IMG/VR virus record: IMGVR_UViG_2734482579_000003
DNA length: 16,647 nucleotides
Reading direction: 5' to 3' (one strand)
Source: a virus
Lineage: Duplodnaviria > Heunggongvirae > Uroviricota > Caudoviricetes
Positions 8,331 through 16,647 of the stretch are shown piece by piece (position 1 is the stretch's first letter; each line of letters begins with the position of its first letter). A model generated the notes under the pieces. That model saw only the letters and a program-made list of their open reading frames with translations. It was not told the DNA's origin and did no database searches. Made by a program: the position numbers and the translations under genes.

Positions 8331-9356
8331 TTACGCCAGTTGAACGGACACGAACTCATCAGGATCAGCCAGCAGCATCAGCGGTGCTGACTGAATCATG
8401 GTGAACTCACGCGCCGGATCGCCGGTGGTCACCCAGTTTTTCGGGTAACGGGCAGAAGCGTTAATGCCTTCGCGCTGTGCGTCCGCATCCTGAATGCAGC
8501 CATAGGTGCGCAGACCGCGAGCCTGAGTGTTCCCCAGCACCATCGTGTTGTCCGGCAGGAAGTTCTTTTTGACGCCGTTTTCCACGTACTGTCCGGAATA
8601 CACGACGATGGCCACATCGCCATACATTCCCTTATAGGACACCGCTTTGCCCAGGTCTTTTACCGCTGTCTCCAGCTCGGAATGAGAGCCGCGACGGGTA
8701 TCCAGCTTCTCCTTGACGGCTTTGAAGGAACGGAACAGCGCCCAGCCTTTCGGGTCAAACACGATGATATTCACCACACCGCTGGCGTTCAGCGCGTAGG
8801 CTTCGATATCGTCGGTCGGGTCATACGTGGACTTGTCACGCTTGCTCCACTCCGTGACGCCGGACTGTGTGATGTTGTTCGCCGCACTGCGGCCCATATC
8901 CACCTCAACCGGATCGAAGGCTTCACCGGTCATGGTGTATTTGCCCTTGAGCACGGCAGAAACTGCCTGCATCTCTTCGACCTGAGCAATGGCCAGCTCT
9001 TCGTCACGCATGTTCTGCATGATGATGCGACGGCGGCGGTAAGCCGGGTCCGCCAGATTCTGCGGATCTTCATCCGGCAGGCGACGCAGGGTCATCTGCG
9101 GATTCACCTCATGCTTGGGTTTGACATATCCCGGCGTAAATTCAGAGGTGGAGCCGCCACGGGAACGGATAACCTCACCGGAAACAATCGGCGAAACGTA
9201 CAGCGCCATGTTTACCAGTCCCGGAATTTGTGAGAGATAGACTTTCTCCGTAGTGAAGGGATAGCTCTCACGGAAAAAGAGACGCAGAAACAGCGGATCA
9301 AACTTAAATTTCTGCTCATTTGCCGCCAGCAGCTGGGCGGTTGTGTACATCGACAT
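8331..9356 (-). CDS. E: Major capsid protein E (341 aa)
   Basis: Lambda gpE N-terminus MSMYTTAQLLAANEQKFKFDPLFLRLFF maps to the ATG at 9356..9354, giving 341 aa as in lambda. The tracked ORF starts 9 codons upstream. Confidence 0.95.
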   Translation of the reverse strand: MSMYTTAQLLAANEQKFKFDPLFLRLFFRESYPFTTEKVYLSQIPGLVNMALYVSPIVSGEVIRSRGGSTSEFTPGYVKPKHEVNPQMTLRRLPDEDPQNLADPAYRRRRIIMQNMRDEELAIAQVEEMQAVSAVLKGKYTMTGEAFDPVEVDMGRSAANNITQSGVTEWSKRDKSTYDPTDDIEAYALNASGVVNIIVFDPKGWALFRSFKAVKEKLDTRRGSHSELETAVKDLGKAVSYKGMYGDVAIVVYSGQYVENGVKKNFLPDNTMVLGNTQARGLRTYGCIQDADAQREGINASARYPKNWVTTGDPAREFTMIQSAPLMLLADPDEFVSVQLA

Positions 9357-9371
9357 AAAAAAATCCCGTAA

Positions 9372-9396
9372 AAAAAGCCACACAGGCGGCCTTTAG
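9372..9396 (-). terminator. Terminator-like hairpin plus U-tract in the D-E intergenic region
   Basis: Minus-strand RNA AAAGGCCGCCUGUGUGGCUUUUUU can form a stem of about 9 bp (two G-U pairs) with loop CUGU, followed by ACGGGAUUUUUUU and then the E AUG. Confidence 0.3.
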
Positions 9397-9411
9397 TGAT
9401 GAAGGGTAAAG

Positions 9412-9744
9412 TTAAACGATGCTGATTGCCGTTCCGGCAAACACGGTCCGTTTTTTCGTCTCGTCGCTGGCAGCCTCCGGCCAGAGCACATCCTCATAAC
9501 GGAACGTGCCGGACTTGTAGAACGTCAGTGTGGTGCTGGTCTGGTCAGCAGCAACCGCAAGAATGCCAACGGCAGCACCGTCGGTGGTGCCATCCCACGC
9601 AACCAGCTTACGGGTGGAGGTGTCCAGCATCAGCGGGGTCATTGCAGGCGCTTTCGCACTCAATCCGCCGGGCGCGGTTGCGGTATGAGCCGGGTCACTA
9701 TTGCCCAGCGGCTGGTAATGGGTAAAGGTTTCTTTGCTCGTCAT
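9412..9744 (-). CDS. D: Capsid decoration protein D (110 aa)
   Basis: Lambda gpD N-terminus [12 protein letters not shown] maps to the ATG at 9744..9742, giving 110 aa as in lambda. The tracked ORF starts 2 codons upstream. Confidence 0.95.
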   Translation of the reverse strand: MTSKETFTHYQPLGNSDPAHTATAPGGLSAKAPAMTPLMLDTSTRKLVAWDGTTDGAAVGILAVAADQTSTTLTFYKSGTFRYEDVLWPEAASDETKKRTVFAGTAISIV

Positions 9745-9753
9745 AAACATCCC

Positions 9754-10359
9754 TTACACTGGTGTGTTCAGCAAATCGTTAACGGCATCAGATGCCGGGT
9801 TACCTGCAGCCAGCGGTGCCGGTGCCCCCTGCATCAGACGATCCAGCGCAGTGTCACTGCGCGTCTGTGCACTCTGTGGTGCTGCGGCCAGAATACGGCG
9901 GGCCGTTTCCACGGTCATACCGGGGGTTTCGGCCAGCACGCGTGCCTGTTCTTCGCGTCCGTGAGCCTCCTCACAGTTGAGGATCCCCATAATGCGACTG
10001 TTTTCTGCCGCAACCGCTGCGGTGATCTGCGCGTTCACGTCCGGCTGCGCCGCGCTGGCGTTCTCGCCCTCCGTCGCTTGCACCACGCCAGTAACGTCAG
10101 CCTGCGAAGCAGTGGCTGAAACAGTTGTTGATTGAGTCTCTTTGGTCATTCGCCCTCCTGAGAGACGGGATTTACGTGCATCCAGTGCATCACGCATGAC
10201 GGTGATCGCATCGGTACTGTTAACAAGTTCATCAGCCAGTCCGGCATCAATGGCCTCCTGACCGCTGTACACTGCAGCCTCGGTATCCAGCACAGCCTGC
10301 ACGGACAGGCCGGTATATGCCGACACCTTCTGTGCAAACATCCGGCGGGTTGCATCCAT
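9754..10359 (-). CDS. Nu3: Capsid scaffolding protein Nu3 (201 aa), in-frame internal start within C
   Basis: In-frame ATG at 10359..10357 begins MDATRRMFAQKVSAYTG and shares the C stop. Length of 201 aa matches lambda Nu3, the known nested arrangement. Confidence 0.8.
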   Translation of the reverse strand: MDATRRMFAQKVSAYTGLSVQAVLDTEAAVYSGQEAIDAGLADELVNSTDAITVMRDALDARKSRLSGGRMTKETQSTTVSATASQADVTGVVQATEGENASAAQPDVNAQITAAVAAENSRIMGILNCEEAHGREEQARVLAETPGMTVETARRILAAAPQSAQTRSDTALDRLMQGAPAPLAAGNPASDAVNDLLNTPV

Positions 10360-11053
10360 CCGGGACTGCAATGTTTCCCGGACATCATCCGGTAGATGGC
10401 TGTAGGGGTTGCCATCCACCTTATGGCTGCCGCTGTAAATCAGCGTGATTTCCACGCCCTGTTTCTCCAGTGCAGCGCCGTAATTACTGTGAGCCATCAT
10501 GACGCCGATGGAGCCTGTCCGGGCGGTCTGCGTGACCAGACGCCGGGAGGCGGCACTGGCAAGCAGCTGACCTGCGCTGCAGTTCATGTCATTGGCCAGC
10601 GCCCATACCGGCTTTATGTCACGCACACGGGCGATGATGTCAGCGCAGTCAAATGCTCCCGCCACCATTCCGCCCGGTGTGTCCATATCGAGCAGAATGC
10701 CGTCCACCATCGGGTCGCTGGCAGCCTGTTGCAGACGGGCGATAATGCCGTTGTAACCGGTCATCCCCGAGTACGGCTGCAGCGCCCGCGTCCGGCTGAC
10801 CAGCGTGCCGGACACCGGCAGCACGGCGATGCCGTTCATTACCTGATAACTGCGGGCCTGTCGTGGTCCGTCATCATCACCGGATAACGCCAGCGCCGCG
10901 GGTGCCTCTCCGGCAGTCAGGCTGTCGCCGGATACTGCATCCGTCAGGCAGCTGATCCCAAGCTGGCCTGCAAGCGCACAAAAGAAAACCCGCGCATAGG
11001 CGGGTTCAAGCATCAGCGGCTCATTAAAAGCCATGCTGGCAATATGCGGGAGA

Positions 11054-11073
<20 letters not shown>
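9754..11073 (-). CDS. C: Prohead protease / minor capsid protein C (439 aa, GTG start)
   Basis: Lambda gpC N-terminus (M)TAELRNLPHIASMAFNEPLMLEPAYARVFF begins at codon V46 of the tracked ORF. The codon at 11073..11071 is GTG. This gives 439 aa and a 20-nt overlap with the B 3' end, both as in lambda. ClpP/SppA-like serine protease features. Confidence 0.9.
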
Positions 11074-14754
<3,681 letters not shown>

Positions 14755-14780
<26 letters not shown>

Positions 14781-15300
14781 TCAGCAACCCCGGTATCAGT
14801 TCATCCAGCGCGGCTGCTTTGTTCATGGCTTTGATGATATCCCGTTTCAGGAAATCAACATGTCGGTTTTCCAGTTCCGGAAAACGCCGCTGCACCGACA
14901 GGGGGATCCCGTCGAGAATACTGGCAATTTCACCTGCGATCCGCGACAGCACGAAAGTACAGAATGCGGTTTCCACCACTTCAGCGGAGTCTCTGGCATT
15001 TTTCAGCTCCTGTGCGTCGGCCTGCGCACGCGTAAGTCGATGGCGTTCGTACTCAATAGTCCCTGGCTGGAGATCTGTCTCGCTGGCCTGCCGCAGTTCT
15101 TCAACTTCCCGGCGCAGCTTTTCGTTCTCAATTTCAGCATCCCTTTCGGCATACCATCTTATAACGGCGGCAGAGTCATAAAGCACCTCATTACCCTTGC
15201 CACCGCCTCGCAGAACGGGCATTCCCTGTTCCTGCCAGTTCTGAATGGTACGGATACTCGCACCGAAAATGTCAGCCAGCTGCTTTTTGTTGACTTCCAT
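14755..15300 (-). CDS. Nu1: Terminase small subunit Nu1 (181 aa)
   Basis: ORF 14755..15300, 181 aa, same length as lambda gpNu1. N-terminus MEVNKKQLADIFGASIRTIQNWQEQGMPVLRGGGKGNEVLYDS (winged-HTH DNA-binding domain). Sits directly downstream of cosB. Confidence 0.95.
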
Positions 15301-15321
15301 TGTTCATTCCACGGACAAAAA

Positions 15322-15441
15322 CAGAGAAAGGAAACGACAGAGGCCAAAAAGCCCGTTTTCAGCACCTGTCGTTTCCTTTCTTTTCAGGGGGTGTTTTAAA
15401 TAAAAACATTAGGTTACGGCGAAGAAGAACGGAAACGCCTT
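15322..15441 (-). other. cosB: three Nu1-binding R elements (R1 about 15322..15340, R2 about 15365..15385, R3 about 15422..15441) with an IHF-type AT-rich site (about 15390..15412) between R3 and R2
   Basis: Repeated GGAAACG / CGTTTCC cores (cagagaaaggaaacgacag, cctgtcgtttcctttcttttc, gaagaagaacggaaacgcc) in the same arrangement I remember for lambda cosB. The AT-rich gtgttttaaataaaaacatta lies between R3 and R2. Confidence 0.75.
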
Positions 15442-15477
15442 AAACCGGAAAATTGTCATAAATAGCGAAAACCCGCG

Positions 15478-15489
15478 CGCCTTCCGCCC
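15478..15489 (-). other. cosN cohesive-end region, variant sequence relative to canonical lambda
   Basis: Flanks match lambda (GCGAAAACCCGCG on one side, CGTAACCTG on the other). The 12-nt core reads CGCCTTCCGCCC on the plus strand, i.e. GGGCGGAAGGCG in lambda orientation, versus canonical GGGCGGCGACCT as I recall it. Confidence 0.6.
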
Positions 15490-15505
15490 CGTAACCTGTC
15501 GGATC

Positions 15506-15519
15506 GCCGGAAAGGACCC
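15506..15519 (-). other. cosQ-like element (packaging termination signal)
   Basis: Sequence ccggaaaggaccc about 17-30 bp from cosN on the right-end side corresponds to the GGGTCCTTTCCGG segment of lambda cosQ. Boundaries are approximate and from memory. Confidence 0.45.
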
Positions 15520-15525
15520 GCAAAA

Positions 15526-15540
15526 TGATAATAATTATCA
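15526..15540. promoter_or_regulatory. Perfect 15-bp palindrome TGATAATAATTATCA matching the Fur-box 7-1-7 consensus
   Basis: Read directly from sequence: TGATAAT-A-ATTATCA, perfect dyad symmetry, immediately distal to cosQ. Confidence 0.4.
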
Positions 15541-15688
15541 TCTACATGTCACAACGTGCATCTACGCCATCAAACCACGTCAAATAATCAATTATGACGC
15601 AGGTATCGTATTAATTGATCTGCATCAACTTAACGTAAAAACAACTTCAGACAATACAAATCAGCGACACTGAATACAGGGCAACCTC

Positions 15689-15922
15689 ATGTCAACGAAG
15701 AACAGAACCCGCAGAACAACAACCCGCAACATCCGCTTTCCTAACCAAATGATTGAACAAATTAACATCGCTCTTGTTCAAAAAGGGTCCGGGAATTTCT
15801 CAGCCTGGGTCATTGAAGCCTGCCGCCGGAGACTGTGCTCAGAAAAAAGAGTTTCGCCTGAAGCAAACAAAGAAAAGAGTGACATTACTGAATTGCTCAG
15901 AAAACAGGTTAGACCAGATTGA
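15689..15922 (+). CDS. Small ribbon-helix-helix (Arc/MetJ/CopG-like) putative DNA-binding protein, 77 aa
   Basis: ORF 15689..15922. After a basic Arg/Thr-rich N-terminal tail, the segment NIRFPNQMIEQINIALVQKGSGNFSAWVIEACRRRL fits the RHH beta-strand / helix / Gly turn / helix pattern. No strong Shine-Dalgarno; start uncertain. Confidence 0.5.
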   Translation: MSTKNRTRRTTTRNIRFPNQMIEQINIALVQKGSGNFSAWVIEACRRRLCSEKRVSPEANKEKSDITELLRKQVRPD

Positions 15923-15979
15923 AGCAATTTAGATAATCGTGCAGACTACGCCCCCTCATATCACATGGAAGGTACTACA

Positions 15980-16390
15980 ATGGCTCAGGTTGCCATTTTT
16001 AAACAAATATTCGATAAAGTGCGAAATAATTTAAACTATCACTGGTTTTATTCTGAACTAAAACGTCACAATGTCTCACATTACATTTACTATTTAGCCA
16101 CAGAGAATATTCATCTTGTTCTTGAAAACGATAATACGGTTTTAATAAAAGGACAGGGTAAGGTTGTAAATGTAAGATTTTCAAAAAATAAATGCCTTAT
16201 AGAAGCCACCTTAAAAGGATTCAAATCAGGAGAGTTATCATTTTACGAATACAGGAAAAATCTTGCTACAGCAGGGGTTTTCAGATGGATTACAAATATC
16301 CACGAAAACAAAAGGTATTACTATACCTTTGATAATTCATTACTCTTTACTGAGAACATACAGAACACTACACAAATATTTCCGCACTAA
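15980..16390 (+). CDS. YbcV/DUF1398-like hypothetical protein (136 aa), AT-rich moron-type gene
   Basis: Tracked ORF 15965..16390; the ATG at 15980 ([11 protein letters not shown]...) is preceded by GGAAGG at good spacing and gives 136 aa. The gene is visibly AT-rich compared with the GC-rich structural genes. Resemblance to E. coli DLP12 YbcV is from memory, not alignment. Confidence 0.6.
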   Translation: MAQVAIFKQIFDKVRNNLNYHWFYSELKRHNVSHYIYYLATENIHLVLENDNTVLIKGQGKVVNVRFSKNKCLIEATLKGFKSGELSFYEYRKNLATAGVFRWITNIHENKRYYYTFDNSLLFTENIQNTTQIFPH

Positions 16391-16398
16391 ATCATAAC

Positions 16399-16427
16399 GT
16401 CCGGTTTCTTCCGTGCCAGAACCGGAC
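16399..16427. terminator. GC-rich hairpin (8-bp perfect stem gtccggtt/aaccggac, extendable to 10 bp with one bulge) just after the YbcV-like stop
   Basis: Inverted repeat read from sequence. No clear U-tract on the plus strand; a moderately U-rich stretch follows on the minus strand. Confidence 0.3.
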
Positions 16428-16558
16428 TCGCTGGCATGATGAAATATGTGTACCCGGTAACCCCGGTGTGCATCGTTTTTGATTATTCCCGCACACTCGC
16501 GCAGAAGGAGTTCCCCGTCGGGCTACGGTCTCTGTTAATACGGGAATACGGCGACGAT

Positions 16559-16647
16559 TGGATTTGCCCCTATATTTCCAGACATCTGTTATCACTTAAC
16601 CCATTACAAGCCCGCTGCCGCAGATATTCCCGTGGCGAGCGATAACC
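16559..16647 (-). mobile_element. IS2: Terminal ~90 bp of an IS2 insertion sequence (right inverted-repeat end), continuing beyond the window
   Basis: From 16559 the sequence tggatttgcccctatatttccagacatctgttatcacttaacccattacaagcccgctgccgcagatattcccgtggcgagcgataacc is the reverse complement of the IS2 right end as I recall it (...GGTTATCGCTCGCCACGGGAATATCTGCGGCAGCGGGCTTGTAATGGGTTAAGTGATAACAGATGTCTGGAAATATAGGGGCAAATCCA). Confidence 0.8.
16570..16647 (-). CDS. insD: IS2 transposase OrfB (InsD) C-terminal fragment, 5'-truncated by window edge
   Basis: Minus-strand translation of 16647..16573 gives ...GYRSPREYLRQRACNGLSDNRCLEI followed by stop TAG at 16572..16570, matching the IS2 OrfB C-terminus from memory. 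Confidence 0.7.
   Translation of the reverse strand, partial: GYRSPREYLRQRACNGLSDNRCLEI

Noticed and set aside
15999-16184. 61-aa minus-strand ORF inside the YbcV-like gene
   Set aside because: Antisense to a better-supported ORF that has a proper Shine-Dalgarno and a protein-like sequence; AT-rich DNA readily produces short spurious frames.
16392-16595. 67-aa minus-strand ORF crossing the IS2 junction
   Set aside because: Crosses the IS2 terminus and gives an Arg-rich, non-protein-like translation; likely artefact.
16436-16645. 69-aa plus-strand ORF spanning the IS2 junction
   Set aside because: As called it is chimeric: its 3' part is the antisense of the IS2 terminal repeat. Only the pre-junction portion 16436..16558 could be real, and that is reported separately as a weak finding.

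Overview
This window is the reverse complement of the left arm of a lambda-like siphophage or prophage, identified from the six-frame ORF track and my memory of phage lambda (no database search was possible). The minus strand carries a complete, uninterrupted packaging/head/tail module in canonical lambda order: J (N-terminal 22 codons only), I, K, L, M, H, G/G-T (programmed -1 frameshift), V, U, Z, FII, FI, E, D, C with nested Nu3, B, W, A, Nu1. ORF lengths match lambda exactly for nearly every gene, so this block has no inserted cargo. Upstream of Nu1 lies an uncut cos region (cosB R1-R3 with an IHF site, cosN, cosQ). The only accessory-like part is past cos (about 15.5-16.6 kb): a perfect 15-bp Fur-box-like palindrome, a small ribbon-helix-helix-type ORF, a markedly AT-rich YbcV/DUF1398-like ORF, a stable hairpin, and the terminal ~90 bp of an IS2 element that runs off the window end. 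The most notable observations are a cosN cohesive-end sequence that differs from canonical lambda in six contiguous positions, the Fur-like palindrome beside cosQ, and the RHH + DUF1398 gene pair in the cos-proximal moron slot. No tRNA, rRNA or CRISPR array was seen.
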